Translations under genes and position numbers: made by a program
In this document: positions 37,391 through 48,700 of the stretch, one piece after another
Layout of the letters: each line of letters opens with the position of its first letter
Numbering within the stretch: the first letter of the stretch is position 1
IMG/VR virus record: IMGVR_UViG_3300044695_005756
Coordinates: 1-64,000 of that record
Length of the DNA: 64,000 nucleotides
Direction: 5' to 3' (one strand)
DNA from: a virus
Notes under the pieces: model-generated
What the model was told of the DNA's origin: nothing
Databases searched by the model: none
Seen by the model: only the letters and a program-made list of their open reading frames with translations

Positions 37391-39817
37391 TTAAAGTTTG
37401 TTTAAAAATGGACTAAGACAAGCATTTACAGGCAAAGGATTAACCGAAAGCGTTGCAATTTTTTGTCCTACTACACCAGAAAAAGGTGCGAAGTATATAT
37501 CACCGTTTGGCATAAGCGCACCACCGATATACGCACTTGCAACAACATACGGCAATGAGTATGTAGACACAACTCCAGAAGTGGATATTTTTTGACCTCT
37601 GTTGGCAGCAAATGGTATAAAATGTACATCACCGTTTGGCGCAAGAACACCACCAGCATATGCAGTAGCGACAGTATAAACAAGTGGATATGTCGATACA
37701 GCGCCATCAGCAGATATTTTTTGTCCTCTGTTTGCTGAATGAGGCACAAAATTTATGTCGCCATTAACTGCAAGAACACCACCAAGATACGCAGCAGCAA
37801 TACTGTACACTAATGAATATGTAGACACGACACCAGCGGCAGAAATTTTTTGTCCTCTGTTTGCATTAAATGGCACAAAGTGTACGTCACCGTTTGGCGC
37901 AAGAACACCACCAGCATATGCGGTAGTGGCTGTGTATATCAACGAATAAGTCGATACGACACCAGATGACGATATCATTTGTCCTCTGTTAGCTGAGTAA
38001 GGTACAAAATGTATGTCGCCGTTCGGAGAAACAACGCCTCCAACGTAAGCATCGGCAGCAGTATATACTAAGGAGTATGTTGACACAACGCCTGAAGCAT
38101 TTATTTTTTGACCTCTGTTAGCACTTCGCGGCACAAAATGTACATCACCGTTTGGTGCAAGAATACCGCCATAATACGCATTAGCGACTGTATGTAATAA
38201 AACATAAGTGGATGGAATACCCAACTTCGAAAGTTTTTGTCCTCTTACAGCGGAATGTGGCACAAAGTGTGTGTCACCATTTGGTGCAAGAATTGCTCCA
38301 GCATATCCAGAAGCAACAGTATATGGTAATGTAAATGTTGATGCGATACCAGCAGTATTCGCATTATCGTATGCATTTCCACCTAAAGCACTCTGTTCCA
38401 ATAAACCTCTAAATGGTTTCCATCCTGATAAATTAGAATCGATTTCATTATTATCAAATGTTGGTACTCCACCGACAGCAATCGAATTTGGATATACGAG
38501 TGAAATGTTTGCCGATGTAGTTAGATTGCTAGGCGATAGATAAATTGCTTGTCCGTTGTTCGATGAATCGAAAATTTTATCTCTTGTAATCGCATTTACT
38601 AAAACTCTTTGTGCTGCCGTAGCACTATGATTTGCAAATATAATTCCAATGTCATTGTTTGATGACAACGCTCCACCAAATAAACCAGCGGTTGATGTTA
38701 CTGCTAATGAATATGTGGTAAATATACCTAAACTTTGATCATATACAGTACCTACTCTTGCGCTATACGGAACAAAGTGAACATTACCATTTCTGTCCAA
38801 TACTCCGCCGGCATATGCATTTGTTGTTGTATAAGGTAATGGATATGTGGAACTTGAGACTAACGCAAGCATAACTGACGCATTATATGGAATACAATAT
38901 ACTTCACCAGGATAATTAGCAGAGAATGATCTCACTACGCCACCAATATATGCACCCGCTGTTGTGTACGGAAGACCATAAGTGGTTGCAATAAAATTGG
39001 CCATGTATTGCCCTACTTGTGCATTGAATGGAACAAAGTAGTTTCCGCCATTAACAGTATATCCACCTTGATATGCGCCTGCAGTAGTATATGCTAACGC
39101 CCAAGTTGATGCAATTGTATTAGTAGTGTCAATTGTTTGTCCTACCGCTGCGTTATACGGAACAAAATGAATATAGTAAGGATATGTGACTGTATCGACA
39201 ATTCCACCAGAATATGCACCAGCAACTGTGTATGCTAAAGAGTATGTTGACACAATACCTGCCGATGATACTTTTTGTCCTCTGTTGGCATTATAAGGAA
39301 TAAAATGTACTTCATTATCCCCACCAAGAACACCGCCCTGATATGCACCAGCAACTGTGTATGTTAATGGATATGTTGATACAACACCTGCCGATGATAC
39401 TTTTTGTCCTCTTGTGGCAGAAAAAGGCACGAAATGAATGTCGCCATTAGCGTCACGAACTGCTCCAGAATACGCTGTAGTTGCGGTTGCGGTAACGGCA
39501 AATGTTGAAACTATTGGAGATTTTCCGCGGTATGTTGCTTTTCCTATTTCCCATTCACCATTTTTAGGCTCAAGAGAATAATAAAACTCACTATTAAGAC
39601 TTCCCGAATAATCATTATCTACAAAAGCAAAATTTTTATATCCTGCAATCGTATAAGGTTTATACCCACTATAAGCTGGAATTCGTTCGTTATCGGTAAA
39701 GTTAGAAAAGTTTAAACCATCAGGATTTACTGGAGATGGTGTGTTCGCAAGAACCAGTGTTGAATTGCCACCAGAAAAAGTATTTCCACGTGTTCTACTA
39801 TTAAAAATTATCGTCAT
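37391..39817 (-). CDS. Beta-propeller repeat virion/adhesin protein, 14 blades
   Basis: Same repeat, 7 + 7 copies; ends LSPFLNKL like the paralog's LSPFFNKL. Confidence 0.75.
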   Translation of the reverse strand: MTIIFNSRTRGNTFSGGNSTLVLANTPSPVNPDGLNFSNFTDNERIPAYSGYKPYTIAGYKNFAFVDNDYSGSLNSEFYYSLEPKNGEWEIGKATYRGKSPIVSTFAVTATATTAYSGAVRDANGDIHFVPFSATRGQKVSSAGVVSTYPLTYTVAGAYQGGVLGGDNEVHFIPYNANRGQKVSSAGIVSTYSLAYTVAGAYSGGIVDTVTYPYYIHFVPYNAAVGQTIDTTNTIASTWALAYTTAGAYQGGYTVNGGNYFVPFNAQVGQYMANFIATTYGLPYTTAGAYIGGVVRSFSANYPGEVYCIPYNASVMLALVSSSTYPLPYTTTNAYAGGVLDRNGNVHFVPYSARVGTVYDQSLGIFTTYSLAVTSTAGLFGGALSSNNDIGIIFANHSATAAQRVLVNAITRDKIFDSSNNGQAIYLSPSNLTTSANISLVYPNSIAVGGVPTFDNNEIDSNLSGWKPFRGLLEQSALGGNAYDNANTAGIASTFTLPYTVASGYAGAILAPNGDTHFVPHSAVRGQKLSKLGIPSTYVLLHTVANAYYGGILAPNGDVHFVPRSANRGQKINASGVVSTYSLVYTAADAYVGGVVSPNGDIHFVPYSANRGQMISSSGVVSTYSLIYTATTAYAGGVLAPNGDVHFVPFNANRGQKISAAGVVSTYSLVYSIAAAYLGGVLAVNGDINFVPHSANRGQKISADGAVSTYPLVYTVATAYAGGVLAPNGDVHFIPFAANRGQKISTSGVVSTYSLPYVVASAYIGGALMPNGDIYFAPFSGVVGQKIATLSVNPLPVNACLSPFLNKL

Positions 39818-39826
39818 GTTATTTTA

Positions 39827-41179
39827 TCACGCTACTATTGGCTGAGTGGGTTCTACATTTCCAATTATAATACAACTTGTAGAACTAGTAAATATTACTG
39901 TTGCAATTCCTCTAGGAGAAAGAGGCGTATATGGAATATCATAATCATGTCCAGCCACAAATGCATTTGTAATGCTACATGTTATTATAACATCAGCACT
40001 TGTGTTATTGATGATTGTGATGACATCTCCATCCGCAAAAACTCCATTAGGAATAATAACTGATCCGCCTTCTTTTATACTTATATACTTTCCTATATCG
40101 GTTAAAGCTAATGTATACTCTGAAGTTTTTTGTCCATTGAATGGTATATTTCTGAAGCCTACTGTAAAATCTTCGTCTGGAAAAGTTGCTGTTCTAGATG
40201 CAGTCAAAGTTTTTGGAGTTAGTGTCATGGTATATCCACCAGGTGCTGTTGAACCTCGAAGTGATATACTGTCATACCCAACTGCTCGTTGTACTTTTAG
40301 TCCGTTTGGATGTCTTATGGTAACAGCACCCGTAACTATTCCACCATTGTTAGCGTCTAATGAGTTATTCGCACGAATAAATCCAGAATTCGCATGATTA
40401 AATGCTGCATTTGTATGAATGTAAGCAGAATTCGCTTGAATGAATCCTGAATTCGCGTGAGCAAAAGCCGCATTGATTTGATCAAAACTTGAATTTGCGT
40501 GATCAAATGAAGAGTTAGTTTTTATGAATCCGCTGTTTGCATGATTAAATGCATAATTTGCGTGTAGATATGCGCTATTTGCTTGTATAAATCCAGAGTT
40601 GGCATGAATGAATGCTGCATTTGCTTGTATGAATCCAGAATTGGCATGAATAAATGACGCATTCGTATCATGATAAGCAGAATTTGCTTGAATGAAACCT
40701 GAATTTGCGTGATCAAACGCCGCATTTGTTTTTATGAATCCACTATTTGCGTGATTAAATCCAGAATTTATGTGGATGTAAGCGGAGTTTGCTTGAATGA
40801 ATCCACTATTTGCATGACTGAATGCCGGGTTAATTCTTTCAGCAAGTTGTAAAACATTTGCGCCTTTTTGATATAGTTCATTGGCGTAAACGTAAATGCT
40901 TGAGATATTTCTACCGACTGTTAAGTCGAGCTGAATGGTTACATTGCTTTTATCAAAGTTCGTGTTTGCAATATTACCAGTATTTGCACGAAGTGTATTA
41001 ATGTTCGCGTGATTACGAACATTTAATGATGAGCCTGCTCCCTGAATAAAAATGGCAGAATTGGCAATGAAACCACCACTCGTATTACTTGTTAAGTTAT
41101 TAGCGACTTCAATTAGAGAAGAGGTCGCTGATAACCATTCAGTAAAGTTATTAGAAGTTGAAAGTTGATTTATTGCCAT
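39827..41179 (-). CDS. Short heptad-repeat fibre protein
   Basis: N-terminal NNFTEWL..T..LI.VANNL, ANSGFIQ heptads, shared C-terminal domain (GFRNIP..GQKTS.YTL). Confidence 0.75.
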   Translation of the reverse strand: MAINQLSTSNNFTEWLSATSSLIEVANNLTSNTSGGFIANSAIFIQGAGSSLNVRNHANINTLRANTGNIANTNFDKSNVTIQLDLTVGRNISSIYVYANELYQKGANVLQLAERINPAFSHANSGFIQANSAYIHINSGFNHANSGFIKTNAAFDHANSGFIQANSAYHDTNASFIHANSGFIQANAAFIHANSGFIQANSAYLHANYAFNHANSGFIKTNSSFDHANSSFDQINAAFAHANSGFIQANSAYIHTNAAFNHANSGFIRANNSLDANNGGIVTGAVTIRHPNGLKVQRAVGYDSISLRGSTAPGGYTMTLTPKTLTASRTATFPDEDFTVGFRNIPFNGQKTSEYTLALTDIGKYISIKEGGSVIIPNGVFADGDVITIINNTSADVIITCSITNAFVAGHDYDIPYTPLSPRGIATVIFTSSTSCIIIGNVEPTQPIVA

Positions 41180-41194
41180 TTTTTTATAAACTTG

Positions 41195-42541
41195 TTATGT
41201 GATACCTGATGTTATGCAATAATTGGGCTCAAGGAACATTACTGTCGCAACTCCTTTTGGCAAAATATTTGCTGATGTGATGATCGTATCTTTGCCAGCT
41301 TTATATGCAGTAACTCCATAAGTGAGACCCACATTCGCTGAAGAGTTGTTTACGATAATTACCACATCGCCGTTCGAAAACGGTTGAGTTGAGTAATTTG
41401 GAATATTTATATAAGTTTGTCCAAACCCTGGAGCATTGTCAGAAACTTCAATAAATTTACCAATTTCAGTCGGATTAATTGTAGCATTCTGATCGGCTAA
41501 TGTTCGGGATATAGGCACATTTCTGAAGCCTACTTCAAAAGTTGAATCTGGAAATTCTACGGTTTTGTCAACCGTAAGAATGCCTCCACTCGTTAAAAGA
41601 AAATCATATGAAGCAGATCCGCCTGATCTACCTTTAAGTTCTATGGAATCTTCTAATACACCGTTTTGAGATTTAACACCATCAACAGCCAGAATTGTTA
41701 CAGCACCCGTAACTGTTCCGCCATTGTTAGCGTCTAATGAATTATTAGCACGAATGAATACAGAATTCGAACGATTAAAAGTTGCATTAGCGTGATCAAA
41801 CGCTGAGTTTGTTTGAATAAATCCACTGTTCGCGTTATTAAAAGCAGGCGCCATGTGAATCAAAGCATGTTCTACTGGTACATTCGCTACATTTATTTTA
41901 ATAAACTGCGAATTCGCGTGAATAAATCCACTGTTTACATGATCGAACGCAGCATTAATTTGTATAAAATCGCTGTTCGCATGATAGAATGCAGAATTTG
42001 TTTGAATGAATCCACTATTTGCGTGATTAAATGCATAATTTGTATGCAAATAAACAGAATTCGCTTGTATGAATCCAGAGTTGGCGTGAATAAACGATAC
42101 GTTTGTTTGGTTAAATTCAGCATTTGCATGAATGAATGCTGAATTGGCGTGAATATATAATGAATTTGATTGTACGAATTGTGAATTTGCCTGATTAAAT
42201 GCTGCGTTAGGCTCAACCAATATTCCAATAACATAAAAATTTTCACTATGTCCTTCGTCGGTAGATAAATTTCTTCCTACCGTTAAATCTAATGCTATTG
42301 ATACGTTCGATCCATCAATATTGGTATTTGCAATATTACCAGTATTTGCGCGAAGTGTATTAATATTCGCTAAAGTGCGAACATTAAGAGAAGAGTTTGC
42401 ACCTTCAATAAAAATAGAACTATTCGCTAAAAATCCACCGTTAGTGTTGTCGGTAAGATTGTTAGCGACCGCAATTAAAGAAGATGTTGTCAGCAACCAC
42501 TCTTCAAAAGTGTTTGCTGACGAGACTTGATCTATTTTCAC
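41195..42541 (-). CDS. Short heptad-repeat fibre protein, tandem paralog of 39827-41179 (GTG start)
   Basis: N-terminal ~95 aa highly similar to neighbour; degenerate heptads; divergent C-terminal domain (GFRNVP). Confidence 0.75.
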   Translation of the reverse strand: MKIDQVSSANTFEEWLLTTSSLIAVANNLTDNTNGGFLANSSIFIEGANSSLNVRTLANINTLRANTGNIANTNIDGSNVSIALDLTVGRNLSTDEGHSENFYVIGILVEPNAAFNQANSQFVQSNSLYIHANSAFIHANAEFNQTNVSFIHANSGFIQANSVYLHTNYAFNHANSGFIQTNSAFYHANSDFIQINAAFDHVNSGFIHANSQFIKINVANVPVEHALIHMAPAFNNANSGFIQTNSAFDHANATFNRSNSVFIRANNSLDANNGGTVTGAVTILAVDGVKSQNGVLEDSIELKGRSGGSASYDFLLTSGGILTVDKTVEFPDSTFEVGFRNVPISRTLADQNATINPTEIGKFIEVSDNAPGFGQTYINIPNYSTQPFSNGDVVIIVNNSSANVGLTYGVTAYKAGKDTIITSANILPKGVATVMFLEPNYCITSGIT

Positions 42542-42542
42542 G

Positions 42543-42767
42543 TTATGATTTTGCTACGAGTTGTCTTAACAAGTCTTTTATTTCTGAAACATCATTCTCT
42601 AACTGATTCACTTTATTTTCTATTTTCAAATTTTTTTCATTTTCTTTTCGTTTCATTTCTACTTCGGCTTGATAAGTACGAAACTCTTCTTTATCGATGT
42701 TAATTATTGCACCACTTTCGATATCGCGGTACAAGCTTTTACGGTTTTCAATTTGAACGTATTTCAT
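42543..42767 (-). CDS. Small coiled-coil protein conserved after VrlC-like gene
   Basis: LYRD..SGAIIN.D, C-terminal LENDVSEIKDLL. Confidence 0.65.
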   Translation of the reverse strand: MKYVQIENRKSLYRDIESGAIINIDKEEFRTYQAEVEMKRKENEKNLKIENKVNQLENDVSEIKDLLRQLVAKS

Positions 42768-42772
42768 AATAT

Positions 42773-45700
42773 TTAATCTTGTTGTGTTGTAGTTTGAGCA
42801 CCCTCAGACATAGGCAATGCAATAACACGCAGTTGTGCAAACTTTGGAACATCAACAGATGTTGTTCCATACATAACCACTTTTATCGAAAATAAGATAA
42901 AATCATCTGCTATATTACCATCTTTTTTGAGATATGAAACTCTATTATCCGCAGTACCAGAACCATAACGACCAGGAGCATATACCGCTTCAAAAAAGTC
43001 AACTGGATTTTTAGAGAACAGATTTTGAGTTTCTGATAATTCAGTCATCAATTGATAGTCATTATCGTCAAAATTCGACGGATCAGTTTCAGACAATAAT
43101 TTATAATAAACAAGAATTCCTGCACCAGGTGGACGATATGCATCCATGTAAACACGGAGATCACCTGCATCAAAACCTGGCGCCAACTTAACACGTTTGG
43201 TAATATAACGAATAGCTGAATTACCTCCAACAGAAGAATCTTCACCATTGTATTCGGCTGTTGCTGTAACTGCACCTCCAGTTTCAGGCGCATTCATCGT
43301 AATTGACGGCGATAGAATATACCCTGTTCCAGGATTCGTAATTTCAATACGAATAATTTTACCACTTGCAGCTTCATAAATGCCAACGGCAGCTGCGCCT
43401 TCCCCTTGAGCACCCGCAGGAGTTGTTGAAGGATAACTGAACGTAACTGTCGCATTTCCTGTATAACCTGAGCCTCCATTTGTAATAACAAATCCTGTAT
43501 TCTGCAAAGGCATGTTGTTAATTTTGTTTTCAATTGTCAACAGATTTAAACGTGTGACATCGATCATTGGAGAAATATCAGGATTACTAGAAGATAATGA
43601 TGCAATCAACTTAAATGTATCATTACCTGATACAGTATTCAAGACTCTTCTACCGTATCCATCAACACATTCATAATCAAAATTAGGCACGATTCTCAAT
43701 GGTGGATGAGGTTCTCCTAATTCAGGTTCAGAAATAAAATCATAAGTGACAGTTGTGTTCAGAATAGCTGCATCAGTTGACATTAATTGTAAAAGATCGA
43801 ATGGAGTATTTGCTGAATATGGCGATAAATTCACATTAAAATTTGCGTATCCTTGAGCGGATGAAAACACTCTCTTTTGAATGCTGAACATAATGTCCGA
43901 AGTTTGATCCGCAGTCCATGTTGATCCGTTTTGCGACAAGAATAGAGAACCCGTATATGGTTGTTCGGATATCTTATTCTGAGTTCGAATGTCCGTTGCA
44001 CCTATTTCCGCAATATACGTTTCATATCCATTACTGTTTGAAACAAGGACAAATGAATGTTCTCCTGGTAAAAGAAGCACAGGAGTTTCAAACTTAAATT
44101 CCGTATACTTACTTGAGTCAGTCAAATCAGGAATATCGGTTATAGTAACTTTGTCCGGAGTTAATGTTTTTTCCGCAAAAGGATAAACTACAGCCGATGA
44201 TGGATAACCATTAACAACAGGTCGAAGCTGACATGTTACAGGAATGGTTGAATCTTTTGTTTTAAAACAAACTCTAACCGAATCAATAACTACACCTTGA
44301 GGATATTGATTTGGATTAATCAGGAATGTTTGTGCAAGAGGATCATAGTATCCAATAACAACATTGTTCTGTCTTGTCGAACTTGTTGCTGTTTTAACAG
44401 ATGAAGTTGTTGCAGAGAATTCTTCTGTAACTGTCGATCTTGTAACTGTAGGCACAAATACTGTAATTGTTTGTTCTTGTACAGTATTCACTCTACCTTC
44501 AGAGTAGAATTTTGTATCTCCGTTTGATCTTGAATTTTCCACGTTATTAAATTCGTCATCAATCAGACGGAAAATTTTCTCTCCTGTTCTAAAGATATCA
44601 GCAGGTATAAAGAATATTCCTGCAGTCAATCCTTCTTCAGTCGTTTCAAGTGTTCCGATTGTGTAAACTGAAGTTGTGTCTGGAGTTGTTCCCCACGAAC
44701 CAGTGATTGTAACTACACGCGTGGATGCATCATAGCCACTGATTGTGGCAACTTGTCCTTCACCTTTACCTCTTAAAATTCTAATCTGTTTTCCTACAAT
44801 ATAGCTAGATGCGGCTGAATCTGTGTTTACTGCTCCGCCTGCACTATAGGCAAGAGTGATTGTGCTTGCACCGCCACCTAACGCAACACCAACTTGATGA
44901 GTCCATTTAAGAGTTCTTTCAAGTTCTTCTGATCTATCGCCCTTTACTGCGATTCCGTGTGTTGCATATTGTGACCAAGAACCTGCTGCTGCATCTGGAT
45001 CCATATTCGCAATGAATACGTTTTTACCACCTTGCAGTATGGCACCTCCTACTCCAATTTTTTTAGAAAATTTGTAGATAGTTCCATCAGCTTCAGTAAA
45101 CGTATCTGTTCCAGCAACGGTTGTTGGTTCCAGAGCATAGAAAGTTACTGTTTCGGCATCCGAAATTGTCGTTTTATATGACAGATCATTTTGTGTCATT
45201 TCAAAACGATTTACTTTTGCGATTCTATCATTGACATTTACATTGTCGAAGAACGCATTCAGAGTCGTAAATGGTTTAAACTTTTCAGCAAGTACCAACA
45301 CTCTCTTTTCTCTCATGAACTGAACCACGCTTATATCAACCAATCTATCACCCATTGATTGAGTTAATTCTTGTGGAACAATTTGCGATAAAATACCAGT
45401 TCTTGTTGCTTCTAAAGAAGATGTTTCTAAAGTTCTTTGTGTTGTGGTTGTAATTACATCACCTGTAGCTGCTATTCCACTACCGCCAACCACACTTCTG
45501 CCACCAGTCGCTTCAAAGTTAGCTTCTAACGCGCCTGATGCCCAACCTCCATTTACATTTACAACATCTCTGGTTGTTTTAGTATCTAATACTTTGGATG
45601 TAGTTGTCCATGTAGTATCCCATGCACCCCAAGTGGTACTCTGAATTGAAGACCACGCATCCCTTGCAGCTTCACCTCCAGATAAATCGATATTCTGCGC

Positions 45701-48700
45701 TTCTAAACGAGTTTCTGATTTCCAAACATCTGAAGTTGGATCAAGCCTTACTGTTCCAAGAAAGTTTACAATATTAAACGGATTAATATTCATTGTCTTT
45801 GATGCTCGATTTTGCATGATGAAAGTAGTTTCAGTCGATGCAAGCATCAATAATGGTCCATTAATCTCAACTCCAGAATTTTCAGCTGGTGAAGACTGTA
45901 TTAATGTGGATGCAATATTATATGATCCGCGACATAAACGAGAAATTGTATCTATTGCGGCATCAAAGTCTGGTGAAATAATATCGGATACTTTTTTATT
46001 GGTAAACGAATCTACTAAAACACCATTTTTAGGTCTAGATATGCCATTTGAATCACGAACATTACGATCATTTTTACTTAAAATAGCAAGTTCCGCAAAA
46101 GACAAAGATGTATACAGTTCAAGATTTTGAATTCTCTTATCAAGTCTGCCAATATCTTGCATCGTATAACGTCTATGATTGTACGTTTGTATTAACGTAG
46201 ATGATGTGAAAGTCAAATACGCGGGGTAAGTCAGCACATATAACGTCATTGAATCCGCTGGCTCTTCAGGAACAACTGGCTTAGATGCTGGGACACCTTG
46301 TAGTACCTGAAACTCTCTACTCTTGTTTAATACAACACGATCTATTCTAGGCAAATAATATTCATAATCCATGAAGATATCTAATCCAGGTTCAGCAATT
46401 TGTGGACCAAGAACCGCTTCGTTTACACTTAAAACAAAATTATTTGCAAGATAGTCTGATGTTACGTTGGTAACAACAGCATTTGCTCCATCAACTCTAA
46501 CTGGGCGAAAATCTAAGTAGTCTCTTAGATTTCTTGATTTGCCGTCTTGTGAACGATAATTAGGAATATTTCCATAATCAAATCCTGTTCCACCATCTTC
46601 ATGTCTTCCGCCTCTTGTGTATGAGTCTACATCAAAATATCCAGAACCGTTTGACGTAAATCTATCGTAACGAATGAGAAGAGGACCACGTGGAGGATTT
46701 TGCCCCGGCTTCAACACGATTCCTGACCAGTCGTAATATGAATCTCTTTGACCTGTGTCTAAAGAATAACGAGATGTTACATTCGAATAACTTCCCGAAT
46801 TGTAGTTGGATGTTGTAATTGCTGTGCCGTTAAAATCAAAAACAGCATTAATTGCATAAACATCTGTAACATAAAGATGTTGTGGAATACCAGGTTTTCT
46901 CTGAACAAAAGATTCATCGATGATTGTTTGACAGTCGAACGGCGAAACGAATGCTGAAGTATTACCAGAGAAGATTTTATACGGTTTTCTAGCTGATGTT
47001 GGATCGACAAGAATTGTATTAGCTTTTACAAAAGTTTTTGTTTTTGACGTAGGAATAGAAGAACTTACAACCGCATAAATGTTTGCAGTCATATTTTCTC
47101 CAGCATCCACACTTATTGTTCGTGAAGATGTGTCTACAGAAAATTGCTGCGCTGGTATAGTTTTTCCTAACGCATGATGAGATCCTGAACCAGGATTAGT
47201 AACAACTATCTGATAATATCTTTGTTTAGAATCAATCGTCGTTGCATCTTGTATTGTTTCTCCGATTCCAAGTGAAAGTGGCTGCGACACACCAGAAACA
47301 AATGATACGGATTGGAAAAGTTTTCTGTACGCAAAAGAAAAATCTCTAATCGTATTGTCTGCAACAAAAGCTTCGCCTATTCTAATTAAAAGAGGCTCTT
47401 TACCTGATTCTGCAATATACGCAGGTTGAAACATTCTATTATTTTTCAACGACTCATCTGTCGTTCCAATTTGCTCAATTTTACTTAATGGAGAAATATT
47501 TGCTGAAGCAACTATAGCGCCTGATGTATTTCTAACGATCACAGATTCCGCGTGTATTAAACCGCCAATAATCTGGAATCTTACGAGTCCATTGTTCATT
47601 GCGGTAACAGTATCATCACGGAAAACTTTACCGCCAGCCGTTGTTGATTGTATGGTAACGTCTTGTGATGATGAACTCACTATAAGTTTCGTGAGGTTAT
47701 CTTCGGCTGAACCAGAACCTTGAGGAACACCATCAATTAGTTTAATGGACATTCCTTTGTATATGCTTGTATTTGATGGGAAAAGACTAGGAAGCCTAAT
47801 CGTTGTGGTTGTACAACCAGCTCTTGTGTTACCAACTAAAGGATTAGAATTTAAACTAGTTACATATAGCTTATAAATGTAATTATTACTATCAAGTGTA
47901 TTCGAAGAAACACTATAGAAACTTTGAAGTTTAATTCTACCAGTTGCTACGACCGAGTTTGAAATATTCGATCTGTTTATCGTAGCTAACGATGAAAGAA
48001 CGAGTGGAAATGATTCTCCAGAATTATAGATAGAAAATTCTACGTTGCCGTACTGATTTGTCGCAAAATTTCCAAACATACTGTTTGCAAATAAGTAATA
48101 TCCATAATCTACATCAACTCTTTTATTTGTAATTGTTTCCGTTGTTCTAGGTTTAGGAACAGTTAGTATAATTGGAGCTGATGTTTGGAATTCATATCCT
48201 TTAACGTATGCTTTTCCAGAACCTAAACTGATATTAGCAAATGCATTGTTTGCCGTACTGTCAGTCAACTCTAGATTAAAACTTTTAACGATATAATCAC
48301 CAGATTCATCTAATGTTCTTCTTGCGAATTCATCCCCAATAGCAGCATAAATTGGAGTCTGAACGATGTTTTTAGGATTACCTTCTTCCATAGTTCCCAA
48401 CTCAATGAATTGAGTAAGGTCACTACTATCGATTGGACGTGTGTTTAGTACGAGAGAAACTTTATAACGATCTGCGCCTGGTGCTTGGAAATTTGATGAA
48501 CCTTGTGCTGGATCTAATAGTGAAGTGTCTTCTGTATAATCAATTAAACTTTCACTAACTTCGAATCCAACAATTGCATTTCCTGTGCGATCATACTTAT
48601 TAACTGCAACACTTTGCGGTTGACTTTTAATGAAAAGTCCGTCATAATAAAAAACACCTTCATTTACAGAAAACGCTTGACAATTTCCTGTTACATTTGT

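Noticed and set aside
29795-39817. Diversity-generating retroelement (TR/VR) behind the repeats
   Set aside because: No reverse transcriptase or non-coding template in the window; differences between copies are not adenine-restricted; all copies are in-frame coding.
29795-39817. CRISPR-like array suggested by recurring ~129-bp periodic motifs (e.g. gcaagaacaccacc)
   Set aside because: The periodicity is the protein blade repeat within long ORFs, with wobble-position variation; there are no unique spacers or cas genes.
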